A stretch of 64,000 bases of DNA. It comes from Gemmatimonas sp. Lineage in GTDB: Bacteria; Gemmatimonadota; Gemmatimonadetes; Gemmatimonadales; Gemmatimonadaceae. Made by a program: the position numbers and the translations under genes. Below, piece after piece: positions 1 to 11,349 of this stretch. Numbering within the stretch: position 1 is the stretch's first letter; the number at the start of each line of letters is the position of its first letter. Below the pieces are notes generated by a model that saw nothing but the letters and a program-made list of their open reading frames with translations, made no database searches and was not told the DNA's origin. The stretch covers positions 3,040,001 through 3,104,000 of the forward strand of contig OZ257156.1 in assembly GCA_965279375.1 (NCBI GenBank). The letters are read 5' to 3'.

Positions 1-794
1 GCAATGCACAGCAGGCGCGTCGGCCGTTCCACCAGCGAGCCCGTGGCCGCACGACGGACCGTCGCGCTGGCGGTACGCGTATTGATGCTCCCGTCGCCAT
101 CCACGGAGAGCAGGGGAGCAAGTGTGGCCAACTGCTCCGCGGTCACGCCGGGGATTTCGAGCAGTTCGTCCAGCGACTCGAAGGGGTCACGCAGCGGCAT
201 GGCGGTCGGCTTGCCGAGCAGCGCGGCACCGAGCGAGTCGCGCGTGGCCCGAGCTTCGTCGTCGCGCGAGCGGAAGGCGTCGCTGGTCGGGGCATCGTCA
301 CCGCGAACGCGGCGCGCGATGCGAGTGGCGATGGCGCGGGCCTCTGCGGCGTCCGTCACCGTGCTCCACAGCGTGGTCAAACCCTTCTCGTCGGAGTTGT
401 TGACGTCGAGGCGCGCACTCACGTCCACCATCACCACCGAGAATACGCCATCGGCGAGCGTATCCTGCACCAGCGGCTGCGCAGCTCCGCCTGATGCAGC
501 GCTGGTCGAGGGATTCGACGCGCCGCTTGCTTCTACTCCCGACGCATCGAGCGCATTGAGAAACGCGTCACGACGCACGCTGTCGCTCGCGAAGACCGAG
601 AGGGAGTCGTTGACGAGGGCGATCGCCGCGATCACACCGCTTTCCGCCATGCTGCGCGCGGTCGCCAGTGCGCGCTGGTTGTCCGTCACGTTGGCGCTGC
701 TGCGCGCGGCGCTGCTGGCCAGCGCGGTCACCGTCGCGAGTACGGCAACGGTCCAGAGCACCACCACCAGCGCGACACCCCGACGCTCTCTCAT
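1..794 (-). CDS. gspK: Type II secretion minor pseudopilin GspK (3' end beyond the window edge)
   Basis: ATG at 794 overlaps the gspJ stop (ATGA). Reads MRERRGVALVVVLWTVAVLA (prepilin G|VAL lacking E5, typical of GspK), with later LDVNN and INT motifs. Absent from the ORF track because it runs off the edge. Confidence 0.8.
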   Translation of the reverse strand, partial: MRERRGVALVVVLWTVAVLATVTALASSAARSSANVTDNQRALATARSMAESGVIAAIALVNDSLSVFASDSVRRDAFLNALDASGVEASGASNPSTSAASGGAAQPLVQDTLADGVFSVVMVDVSARLDVNNSDEKGLTTLWSTVTDAAEARAIATRIARRVRGDDAPTSDAFRSRDDEARATRDSLGAALLGKPTAMPLRDPFESLDELLEIPGVTAEQLATLAPLLSVDGDGSINTRTASATVRRAATGSLVERPTRLLCI

Positions 795-1372
795 CGTCCG
801 TCCTCGAGCGGCGAGAGCGCGACGCGCAACGTCGGCGTCGTTTCGCCGATCCGCAGCTCCACGATGCGCGGACGGGAACGCGGTACCGGCCAATCCGTAC
901 GCCACTGCGCCTGTTCACCCATGCGCGCGGGTTCGAGCACGCGCACGTCGAACACCCGCACCGCCGGTACCGTCGTGTGCTGCGCAGACGGGAAGGGCGC
1001 CCGTCCGAGCGGTACCGCGTCCAGCGTCAGCACGCTGTCGTGGTGGGCTACCGTGACGCGCCACGCGCGACCCACACCGAAGGGCTCCGTCACGCCGTTC
1101 GTGAGGAAGGTCAGCGTGGGTTCATCGCGCGCATCGCGCGAGATCTGGAGCAAGGCCTCGTCAGACGCATTCGCGTTGGGCGCGTGTCGCAGCATGTCCG
1201 TGAGCATGGCGCGAAACCGCGTGTCGGCATCGAGCGTGCGCTGATGTGACGCGACACGGTCGCGCGCCGTGGTGGCGGCGCTCAACGCGCCGGCAGCGAT
1301 GCCCAGTACGATCGCGGTCAACGTGATCGCCACCATGACTTCCAGCAGCGTGAATCCCGGGCGTCGCGTCAA
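791..1372 (-). CDS. gspJ: Type II secretion pseudopilin GspJ-like
   Basis: Prepilin motif RRPG|FTLLEVMVAI; TTG start overlaps the gspI stop; lies between gspI and gspK. Confidence 0.75.
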   Translation of the reverse strand: MTRRPGFTLLEVMVAITLTAIVLGIAAGALSAATTARDRVASHQRTLDADTRFRAMLTDMLRHAPNANASDEALLQISRDARDEPTLTFLTNGVTEPFGVGRAWRVTVAHHDSVLTLDAVPLGRAPFPSAQHTTVPAVRVFDVRVLEPARMGEQAQWRTDWPVPRSRPRIVELRIGETTPTLRVALSPLEDGR

Positions 1373-1790
1373 CGTCCGCTCTGCACCGCGTGCGGCACGA
1401 GACGCTGCAGCCGATACACACCGCCGCCCGCTAGCGGCACCGAGACCTCGAGCAGATCGGTGTTCGCGCGCCACGGCCGCCGACTCACGGAGACCTCGCC
1501 GGTACCAGCGACCGGATCATCGCCGATGCGCGTGCTACTCGCCGCGAACTCGTTCTGCGGCGCACTCGCACTCGCACTCGCACTCGAACTCGCCATCGCC
1601 ATCGCGGACTCCGCGCGCGACACCGCCCGCGTCCACTCGGCGCTGTCGTGCTCGAGCTGCATTGCACCGCGCGACAGATCGAGGCAGGCGATGCCCACGA
1701 GCGTGAGCACCACGAACGCGACGATCGATTCCAGTAGCGTCATGGCCGTGGCCACATGAGAGGCCGCTCAGCGCACACGGTCGTGCTCAC
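1369..1790 (-). CDS. gspI: Type II secretion pseudopilin GspI-like (5' end apparently frameshifted near 1745; in-frame alternative start 1755)
   Basis: MTLLESIVAFVVL pilin helix; the GTG at 1790 overlapping the gspH stop is one base out of frame. Confidence 0.65.
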
Positions 1791-2326
1791 TATCTCGCGC
1801 CCTGCGCGCCGTTCACGGCGACGCGGTCGGCACTCGACGGCAGCCACGCGCACGCCAGCGGATCGAAGCCCGTAGTCGCCAAAGCGTGGGATGCCGGACG
1901 GCAGCTGCCCAGCGCGTCGATCGTGACGTCGAGCTCCGGCTCGGCGTTGCCTGCAACCGGGCGTTCTTCTTCGCCACCGAGCTGTGCGCGTCGAGCCTTC
2001 GGGAGCCGCCCACTTTCGATCTCGGCGCCGTCGCGCGCACTCACCAAGGCCCAAGCGCCGTCGGCGGCCACACGCAGTCGCAGCGACTCGCCGCGCCGAA
2101 TCGCCGCGCGGCGCGCTCGCGTGAGCAGCGCCGAGGCAGCGTCGGCACTCTGCGTGCTCGGCGGGGTGAGCGCGGGCAGCACGAGTACCGCCGTGATCCC
2201 GAGCAGCAGGATCACCACGAGCAGCTCCACCAACGTCACGCCGCGCCGAGCGCGCAAAAAGCTCGCGTGGCGCAGTGAGCGGCGGGTGGAGGACGCTTCT
2301 CGATTCTTGGCGGGCGACGTGTGCAC
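1790..2326 (-). CDS. gspH: Type II secretion pseudopilin GspH-like (start uncertain)
   Basis: RARRG|VTLVELLVVILLLG prepilin motif followed by an ARRAAI helix typical of GspH/FimT. Confidence 0.7.
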   Translation of the reverse strand: MHTSPAKNREASSTRRSLRHASFLRARRGVTLVELLVVILLLGITAVLVLPALTPPSTQSADAASALLTRARRAAIRRGESLRLRVAADGAWALVSARDGAEIESGRLPKARRAQLGGEEERPVAGNAEPELDVTIDALGSCRPASHALATTGFDPLACAWLPSSADRVAVNGAQGAR

Positions 2327-2520
2327 GAACGGCAGAATAACGCGCAGTCTCCGAACTATCGATGTGTGCCTGCTGTAGGGCCGGTTCCCGTTCGACGCCA
2401 ACGCACGGCTGGCGTTAGTCCGTCGGACATCTCCCGGTCTGGCGCTCCCCGGTAAGGGTACGCGAGGTTGTACGGTTCTCGGTGTCGAACGACACCAAGC
2501 CCCGATCTGGAGGAAGACGA

Positions 2521-3882
2521 GTGACTGATGGTACGGTAGCGCAACAGCGGAAGGGTACCCCGGCCTCGACACCGGGACGCCCGCTCGATCGACGACTGGC
2601 GCGCGCGATCGTCGCTGCGGGTACGGTAACGGCGGTGCTGGCCGCCTCCGCGTTTCGGAACGTGCGGACGAACGCGGCGCCGGGCTGCGCGGACGATAAC
2701 GCGGGGCTCACCCTGCCGGCGGGTTTCTGCGCGGTGACCTTTGCCGACAGTCTCGGCGGGCCTCGCCACATGACCGTCGCCGCCAACGGTGACCTGTTCG
2801 TCGTGCGTCAGAACCGACCTCGTGGGGACACGGTCCAGGGCGGCGTGCTGGCGTTGCGCGACACCAACCGTGACGGCCGCGCCGACGTCATCGCGCGCTT
2901 CGGTCCGACCGGCGGCACCGGAATCGCGCTCGAGGGGGGCTACCTGTTCGTGGATGCGCGATCGGCGATCCTTCGCTACGCGCTGCCGGCCGGTGCGCTG
3001 ACGCCCATCGGCACTCCGGACACGATCGTGAGCGGGCTGCCCGGCGGCGGCCACGCGGCGCGCAACTTCGTCCTCGACGGGCGCGGCAACCTCTTCGTGA
3101 ACGTCGGCTCCAATACCAACAGCTGCCAGGAGAAGGACCGACAGACGGGCGGCAAGGGCGTCGATCCCTGCGTCGAACTCGACACGCGCGCCGGCATCTG
3201 GAAGTTCTCGTCGCAACAGACGGGGCAGAAATTCGCAGCTTCGTCCCGCTACGCGACCGGCATTCGGAACGCCGTGGGGCTCGCCATCAATCCCGTGGAC
3301 AAGCAGCTCTACTCCACGCAGCACGGCCGCGATCAGCTGTTCCAGAACTGGGCGCCGATGTACACCGAGGAGCAGTCGGCCAATCAGCCTGCCGAAGAGT
3401 TCATGCAGGTGAACTCCGGCGACGATTTCGGCTGGCCGTATTGCTACTTCGACACCGATCTCAAGCGCCTCGTGCTGGCGCCGGAGTACGGCGGCAACGC
3501 CAAGGACGCCGGACGTTGCAGCACCAAGAAGCTGCCCGTTGCCACCTTCCCGGGACACTGGGCGCCCAACGCCCTCGCGTTCTACACGGGCAAGACGTTC
3601 CCGGCGCGCTTCCGCGACGGCGCCTTCATCGCGTTCCATGGCTCCTGGAATCGCGCGCCCAAGGAGCAGGCGGGCTACAAGCTCGTCTTTGTGCCCGCCA
3701 GCAAGGGCAAGTTCAGCGGCACCTACGAGACCTTCGCCGACAATTTCGCCAACGGCAAGTTGGACCCCTCCAAAGCAGAACATCGCCCCACCGGGATCGC
3801 GACTGCACCCGATGGAGCGATGTTCATATCCGACGACAAGGGTGGTCGGATCTACCGCATTCAGTACGTCGGCACGAAGTAG
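2521..3882 (+). CDS. PQQ-dependent glucose/sorbosone dehydrogenase family beta-propeller protein
   Basis: GPRHM, ATGIRNAVG, GDDFGWPYCY, HWAP, AFHGSWNR and RPTGIA...ISDD motifs; signal-like N terminus; GGAGG upstream of the GTG at 2521. Confidence 0.8.
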   Translation: MTDGTVAQQRKGTPASTPGRPLDRRLARAIVAAGTVTAVLAASAFRNVRTNAAPGCADDNAGLTLPAGFCAVTFADSLGGPRHMTVAANGDLFVVRQNRPRGDTVQGGVLALRDTNRDGRADVIARFGPTGGTGIALEGGYLFVDARSAILRYALPAGALTPIGTPDTIVSGLPGGGHAARNFVLDGRGNLFVNVGSNTNSCQEKDRQTGGKGVDPCVELDTRAGIWKFSSQQTGQKFAASSRYATGIRNAVGLAINPVDKQLYSTQHGRDQLFQNWAPMYTEEQSANQPAEEFMQVNSGDDFGWPYCYFDTDLKRLVLAPEYGGNAKDAGRCSTKKLPVATFPGHWAPNALAFYTGKTFPARFRDGAFIAFHGSWNRAPKEQAGYKLVFVPASKGKFSGTYETFADNFANGKLDPSKAEHRPTGIATAPDGAMFISDDKGGRIYRIQYVGTK

Positions 3883-3893
3883 GAGCTACCGAG

Positions 3894-4658
3894 TTACGGC
3901 TTGACGAGCGCCTTGATGCCGGCCGGCATGTCGAATGCCGTCGCCGGCACCGCGTTCACTTTCACGTCCGACGTCGTGATGATCATCTTGTTCGGTCCCA
4001 TCGTCTGCTCGACACGCGTCGGCATCATGATGGGGCCGAACTGCTTGTAGCCGCCCATCGACTGCTGGATCGTCATCGGGCCCATCTGCGTGACCTGCGT
4101 CGTCTCGCCACCGATCGCGAGCCCCGACGCCACAGAGAAGTACTGCGTCATCTCGGTGCCGCTCGTGCGCACGAGGAACAGCTTGTACGCCTTCTCGCCG
4201 TTGAAGTCCTCGATCCCCTTCACTTCCATCTTGGAAAAGCGCTCGGGGGAGTAGAGCAGGTTAGCGTAGAAGTCTGAGTTCTCCTTCATCTGCGTGAGCT
4301 CCTTGTCGGCCAGCACGCGCGGGCCGGCCATCGGATTGATGTCCCACGCCACCGTGCCGTCGAAGCCCTGCAGCATCTCGCCCATGCCCGGGATGTTCGT
4401 CTTGCTGGACATCTTGTTGGGCGCAGCCATTGCGACTTCCATCGTCGCGCTGAGTCCCATCGCCGGCGCCTCGAGCGTGCCCGTCGAGCTGATCGACGTG
4501 ATCTTCATGATCGCGTCCTTGCCGCCAATGGCCGTGATGTACTTGGCAATCACTTCGGACGCGGTCGGAAGCGTCTGTGCGTTGGCGGGAGCGGCCGGCG
4601 CAAGCAGCGCGGCCGACGCGACCATCGTGACTGCTGCGATCCGGGAAAACGACATCAT
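3894..4658 (-). CDS. Secreted protein, outer-membrane lipoprotein-sorting (LolA-like) fold candidate
   Basis: Signal peptide ending ANA|Q; YITAIGG N-terminal motif; C-terminal VNAVPATAF typical of LolA-like families. Confidence 0.55.
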   Translation of the reverse strand: MMSFSRIAAVTMVASAALLAPAAPANAQTLPTASEVIAKYITAIGGKDAIMKITSISSTGTLEAPAMGLSATMEVAMAAPNKMSSKTNIPGMGEMLQGFDGTVAWDINPMAGPRVLADKELTQMKENSDFYANLLYSPERFSKMEVKGIEDFNGEKAYKLFLVRTSGTEMTQYFSVASGLAIGGETTQVTQMGPMTIQQSMGGYKQFGPIMMPTRVEQTMGPNKMIITTSDVKVNAVPATAFDMPAGIKALVKP

Positions 4659-4738
4659 GGAGACTTCCTCAATAATCAGGGTGAACTGCAGGGAGTGAAC
4701 GGCCGATCGTTCGAGACCGCCGCGTTGCCGCGGTCCTG

Positions 4739-6217
4739 CTAGGGCGTGATTTTCGGCTTCGCCATCGATGCGTTAGCTGCCGCCCACTGCACGGCCGCAT
4801 CGAGTGCGGGATCTCGCCCGTCCAACAGCGCACGCCTTGTCAGCGGCGCCGGTACATCAGGTCGTACCCCGTCACCCTCGAGCGGCTTCCCCGTAGGTGA
4901 CAGAAAATCTGCGATGGCATGATAAAGGATATCACCGTTCGGCAGGCGCTCCGTTACCGCCGGGAGTGCCTGACCGGACGTCTGCACGCCGAACACACGG
5001 GCTCTGCCCACTGCTTGTAACCCGCCGGCGAAGATCTCGGTCGTGCTGATCGACAGTTCATCCACCACCAACGCCAGCGGCCCGGCATACGGCTTCACGG
5101 CACGTGCTCGCGTATCCACCCGCCGTGGGTTGGAGACAAAGTTGAGCGAAACGCCGCGCTGCTTCATCGTGCCGATGGTCTTGACCGAGTCAATGAAGTG
5201 TCCGGCGATTCCCATCGACATGCCCCCCACGCCACCAAAATTGCCGCGCACATCGAGCACGATGGCGTCGGTGTCACGCAATGAATCCACAGCGGCGTCG
5301 AATTGTGCCGCGAGCACCGGCATCCAGATGTTGAAGCGGATCACGCCGACGGTCTTGTTCCCCTGGCGCACTCGTTCGAACTCGAGCCGGCTGTTGAGTG
5401 GCGGCAGATTGCCGAACTTGGCCAGCGTACCGGGCTCGAGCTCGCGTCGGATCTTCACGGTGCGGAGCGCGTCGCGGCCGTCGCGGAAGCGGGTGAGCAC
5501 GGTGTCGCCCACCGGACCCGCCAACGCCTCGTGCGCCACACTGAACCCCACCAGCGCGGCGCGGCGCGGATCCATGTCCTTGGGAATCCGTGCCAGCATC
5601 GGGGCCAACGGACAACCGCGCACCGACTCCAGCACCCATCCCGTCCGAACTCCGGCACGCTCCGCCGCACCGCCCGACTCGAGCCCCGCCACCACGATCT
5701 CGCCGTCGAGCAGCCGGAGCGTCGCCCCGATCGACCCGCTCCGATCCTCGACCGATCGCGTGCTGCTGGAGGCTGCGACGTCGCTCACTTCGCGCGGGAT
5801 GATGGAGAAATGGGACTGGCGAAGCGTCCCGACCAGCGTCTGCAGCACGGTCCGCAACTCGCCCGTCGTGCGCGCGGCGGCGGCCTTCGGGCGGAGAGAG
5901 TCCCGGACCGCTTTCCAGTTCACGCCATTGTAGGTGGTGTCCCAGTGCGTGCGCCCGATGATCGACCAGGCCGAATCGAAGCTCACCAGCGGATCGGAGA
6001 CGGGCGTGTCGTTGAGGGAGGCCGTCGAGGGCGCCGGCGCGGCGCATGCTGCGCTGGCTCCAGCCGCCATCCCGGACGCACTGGCGGGGCCACTCGAACG
6101 GCCCGGGGCTCGGCAGGCGACCGCCGCGGCGACCGCGACGAGGAGGAGCGTCGGGAGGGCGCGAACGGCAGGTACAGCGTGCGGCATGTGATGCGGGCTC
6201 ATGGTGTGCGGATTCAT
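4739..6217 (-). CDS. S41 family (C-terminal processing) peptidase with PDZ domain, probable lipoprotein
   Basis: LDVRGNFGG, S-I-S-T-T-E catalytic region, GDGVRPD, DPALDAA; AAVAC lipobox. Confidence 0.8.
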   Translation of the reverse strand: MNPHTMSPHHMPHAVPAVRALPTLLLVAVAAAVACRAPGRSSGPASASGMAAGASAACAAPAPSTASLNDTPVSDPLVSFDSAWSIIGRTHWDTTYNGVNWKAVRDSLRPKAAAARTTGELRTVLQTLVGTLRQSHFSIIPREVSDVAASSSTRSVEDRSGSIGATLRLLDGEIVVAGLESGGAAERAGVRTGWVLESVRGCPLAPMLARIPKDMDPRRAALVGFSVAHEALAGPVGDTVLTRFRDGRDALRTVKIRRELEPGTLAKFGNLPPLNSRLEFERVRQGNKTVGVIRFNIWMPVLAAQFDAAVDSLRDTDAIVLDVRGNFGGVGGMSMGIAGHFIDSVKTIGTMKQRGVSLNFVSNPRRVDTRARAVKPYAGPLALVVDELSISTTEIFAGGLQAVGRARVFGVQTSGQALPAVTERLPNGDILYHAIADFLSPTGKPLEGDGVRPDVPAPLTRRALLDGRDPALDAAVQWAAANASMAKPKITP

Positions 6218-6328
6218 ACGGGACGGGTTGCGACGGGTTTCGGGCGTGTCAGAACCGTGACCGGACACTCGCGGTAAGCGCGCATCGGGGGTTACCATGC
6301 AAGGTCCTGAACTCCGATCAGCCCCGAC

Positions 6329-7491
6329 ATGTCTACGCGACTTCATACGCTGCACGCCGCCGGCCAGTCACTCTGGCTTGACTATATCGACCGCGCCATG
6401 CTTTCCAATGGCGACCTCGAGCGACGCATTCGGGAGGACGCCCTCACCGGGATGACCTCCAATCCGACCATCTTCGAGAAGGCGTTGGCCGAAGGCACCG
6501 CCTACGACGCCCAGATGGCCAGTCTCCCCGCCGCGCTCTCCGATCGTGAAGCCTTCGAAGCGGTCGCGGCCACCGATGTCCGCGACGCGTGCGACCGATT
6601 CCGCGGCGTGTACGAGGCTACCAAGGGGGTTGACGGTTACGTCTCGCTGGAGGTCTCACCCGATCTCGCGCGCGACGCCGACGGCACGGTCCATGAGGCG
6701 CTCAAGCTGTGGGCGCTGGTGGATCGCCCTAACCTGATGATCAAGGTTCCCGGCACCCCCGAGGGCGCCGATGCGGTCCGTCGTCTCATCGCGGCCGGCC
6801 TCAACGTCAACGTCACGCTGCTCTTTGCGGTCGAAGCGCACGCCCGCGTGATCGAGGCGTACATCGCCGGTCTCGAAGAGCGCGCGGCCGCCGGCCACCC
6901 GATCGATCGCATCGCCTCGGTGGCCAGCTTCTTCGTCAGCCGCGTGGATTCGGCGATCGATAAGCAGCTCGACACCAAGGCCGCTGCCGACCCGGCGCAG
7001 GCCGACGCCCTGTGCGCGCTCAAGGAAAGGCCGCCATCGCCAACGCCAAGCTCGCGTACCAGCTGTTCCTGAAGGAGTTCGCCGGCGCGCGCTGGAACGC
7101 ACTCGCGGCACAGGGCGCGCGCGTGCAGCGCCCGCTCTGGGCCAGCACGAGCACCAAGAACCCGTCGTACCGCGACGTCATCTACGTGGAAGAGCTGGTC
7201 GGTCCGGACACAGTAAACACGCTGCCGCCGGCCACACTCGAGGCCTTCCGCGACCATGGTGAAACGCGCCAGTCCGTCATCACGGATCTGGATGGCGCCT
7301 CGCGGTCCCTCGCGGATCTCGCGGCCCACGGCATCGCGCTCGACGCCGTGACCAACACGTTGCTGGTCGAGGGACTCGCGTCTTTCGAGCAGTCTTTTGT
7401 CACGCTCCTCGCAGGTATCGCGCGCAAGCGCGCCGCCCTCGCCGAGCAGACGCCACTCGCCTCCGGAGCATCGGCAGTTGCCAGCCACTGA
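6329..7491 (+). CDS. tal: Transaldolase (long type), split by a single-base frameshift near 7024
   Basis: GQSLWLD, GMTSNPTIF, VSLEVSP, IKVP and SFFVSRVD in the first frame; GKAAIANAK, RPLWAST and GPDTVNT in the -1 frame. Confidence 0.9.
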
Positions 7492-7507
7492 ATTGGACGA
7501 CTTCGAC

Positions 7508-8995
<1,488 letters not shown>

Positions 8996-9017
8996 GGACG
9001 TCCCACCTGACGTTGGC

Positions 9018-9848
9018 GTGAAGCTGACGTTTCTCGGGACCGGAACGAGTTTCGGCGTGCCGCAGATTGCCTGCGGCTGCGCCGTCTGCCATTCCGCCGA
9101 TCCGCGCGATCGGCGGACACGCTGCGGGGCCGTCATCGATGCAGACGACGGCACACGACTGCTGATCGACACGCCGCCCGAGCTGCGTCTGCAGCTTGTG
9201 GCGGCCGGCGTGCTGGACATCGACGCGGTGCTCTTCACGCACGAACACGCCGATCACATTCACGGCATCGACGACCTGCGCGCCTTCACCATGCGCCGCA
9301 GCACAGCGCTGCCGCTCTACGGCTCGGCGGAAACGCTGCGGACCATTCGCGCGCGTTTCCCATATATCGTGGACGATCGCATGCGCCCGATCCCCGGCAC
9401 CACCAAGCCGGAGGGTACGCTCGTCGAAGTCACGGCGGGCGTCCCGTTTCGCGTACGCGACACGGAGATTCTGCCGTTTTCCGTGCCGCACGGTCGCACC
9501 GAAGTACTGGCCTACCGCGTGGGCGATGTTGCCTATGTCACCGATGCCAAGTCGGTGCCGGATGAAGCGCTGGCGGCGCTGGCGGGTGTGCGCGTGCTCG
9601 TACTGAACGCGCTCATGCACAAGCCGCATCCCACCCATCTCTCCATCAGCGATGCGATCGCCGTGGCGCGCCAAGTTGGCGCCGAACAGACGTATCTCAC
9701 GCACCTGACGCACGAAAGCTTTCACGCCAACCTCGCCGCCGAACTCCCCGAGGGGATCAGCCCGGCGTACGACGGACTTGTCGTGGAGATTCCAACCGGC
9801 GCGCCCGCAACGGCTGCGCACCGCGCTGCCCCCGACTCGGACAGGTAA
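9018..9848 (+). CDS. Metallo-beta-lactamase fold hydrolase (PhnP-like phosphodiesterase)
   Basis: LGTGTSFGVP, CxCxxC, THEHADHIHG, YVTD, AYDG. Confidence 0.85.
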   Translation: MKLTFLGTGTSFGVPQIACGCAVCHSADPRDRRTRCGAVIDADDGTRLLIDTPPELRLQLVAAGVLDIDAVLFTHEHADHIHGIDDLRAFTMRRSTALPLYGSAETLRTIRARFPYIVDDRMRPIPGTTKPEGTLVEVTAGVPFRVRDTEILPFSVPHGRTEVLAYRVGDVAYVTDAKSVPDEALAALAGVRVLVLNALMHKPHPTHLSISDAIAVARQVGAEQTYLTHLTHESFHANLAAELPEGISPAYDGLVVEIPTGAPATAAHRAAPDSDR

Positions 9849-9853
9849 TTCCA

Positions 9854-11242
9854 ATGACGCTCGCGATCGACTTCACCAACATGATGGCTGGTGCGCTCCC
9901 CAACGGCGCCGGCATCACCGATGCGCAGTTGGCCGAGGCCGCCGCGCCATTGGCGGCGGCGCACGCGGCGGTACACGCCAAGCGTGATTCGCTCGGATTC
10001 CTTTCGCTGCCCACCAACGAAGCGGTGCTCGCCAGCACGCTCGCCGTCGCGGAGAACGCCAAGGGGCGCTTCACCGATGTGTTGCTGCTCGGTATCGGCG
10101 GTTCCGCGTTGGGCCCGATCGCGTTGCGCACCGCGCTGCGTCCGCTGGGGTGGAACGCGCTCGACAGCGCATCGCGCGGCGGCTATCCGCGGTTGCATGT
10201 GCTCGACAACGTGGATCCGGTCACCATCGGCACGATGCTCGCGCGACTCGATCTCGCCAACACGCTCGTGCTCGTCGTATCCAAGTCAGGCGGTACGGTC
10301 GAGACGATGGCGCAGTATCTCATCGTGCGTGAGGCACTCGCTCGCGCACTCGGCGAAAAGCGCGCGCGAGAGCATCTCGTCTTCGTGACCGATCCCGAGG
10401 TCGGCGCGCTGCGTCGCATCGCGCGCGCCGAAGGCATTCCCACGCTCGATATTCCGCCCAACGTGGGCGGCCGATTCTCGGTGCTCTCGCCGGTAGGACT
10501 GTTGCCGGCGGCGCTGATCGGCATCGATGTGCGGGCGTTGCTCGCGGGCGCAGCCGACATCATGCGGCGCGCCGAATCCGCGGAGTTGAGCAAGAATCCC
10601 GCAGGTGCATTCGCGGTGCTGCAGTGGCTGTCGGACACCAAGCATGGCCGACATGTGCAGGTGCTGATGCCCTACTCCGATCCGCTGCGTGATGTGGCGC
10701 TCTGGTTTGTGCAGCTCTGGGCCGAGTCACTCGGGAAGACGCGCGCCGACGGCTCGCTGGCCGGTCCCACGCCGCTGCCCGCGCTGGGGGCCACCGATCA
10801 GCACTCGCAGGTGCAGCTGTTCATGGAGGGCCCGCTCGACAAGACCGTGACGTTCATCGCGGTGAACGGCCGCACCGCCGACGGGCCGATCCCGTCGCGC
10901 CACGCCGACATCCCCGAATTGGCCTACATCGGTGGACACACGCTCGGCGAGTTGCTGGACGTCGAGCGGAGGGCCACGGCTGGTGCGCTGGCGGCGCGCG
11001 GGCGCTTCAACGCGACGCTCGCCGTGGATGCCGTCGATGCATGGCATGTCGGTGCACTGTTGCAGTGCTTTGCATTGGCGACCGCCTACGCTGGCGAGCT
11101 GTACGGCGTCAACGCGTTCGATCAGCCCGGCGTGGAGCTCGGGAAGAACTTCGCGTATGCGATGCTGGGCAAGCCGGGGAGCGAGAAGGCGCGCGCCGAA
11201 TGGGACGCGCTCCCCAAGCCCGACCCGAAGTATCAGCTGTAG
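9854..11242 (+). CDS. pgi: Glucose-6-phosphate isomerase
   Basis: GIGGSALG, SKSGGTVET, VGGRFS, AESLGK, DQHS, FDQPGVELGK. Confidence 0.95.
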   Translation: MTLAIDFTNMMAGALPNGAGITDAQLAEAAAPLAAAHAAVHAKRDSLGFLSLPTNEAVLASTLAVAENAKGRFTDVLLLGIGGSALGPIALRTALRPLGWNALDSASRGGYPRLHVLDNVDPVTIGTMLARLDLANTLVLVVSKSGGTVETMAQYLIVREALARALGEKRAREHLVFVTDPEVGALRRIARAEGIPTLDIPPNVGGRFSVLSPVGLLPAALIGIDVRALLAGAADIMRRAESAELSKNPAGAFAVLQWLSDTKHGRHVQVLMPYSDPLRDVALWFVQLWAESLGKTRADGSLAGPTPLPALGATDQHSQVQLFMEGPLDKTVTFIAVNGRTADGPIPSRHADIPELAYIGGHTLGELLDVERRATAGALAARGRFNATLAVDAVDAWHVGALLQCFALATAYAGELYGVNAFDQPGVELGKNFAYAMLGKPGSEKARAEWDALPKPDPKYQL

Positions 11243-11349
11243 ATTTTCGGAAGGAAATTCCTGGGACGCGCGCGAGGCGATGGCGCGTTCGAACTTTTCA
11301 CATGAAGCCGCACCGGCCGCTCGCCGCAGCCGGACAGGACTCTGATAGC

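Noticed and set aside
4..1056. Long plus-strand ORF, and the many other antisense ORFs such as 6637-8499, 11233-13407, 27770-29581 and 60505-62115
   Set aside because: Shadow frames of well-supported genes in high-GC DNA; low-complexity Arg/Ser/Ala composition and no recognisable motifs.
9018..9848. True metallo-beta-lactamase resistance gene
   Set aside because: No signal peptide; PhnP-like GTGTS/CxCxxC motifs indicate a housekeeping hydrolase.
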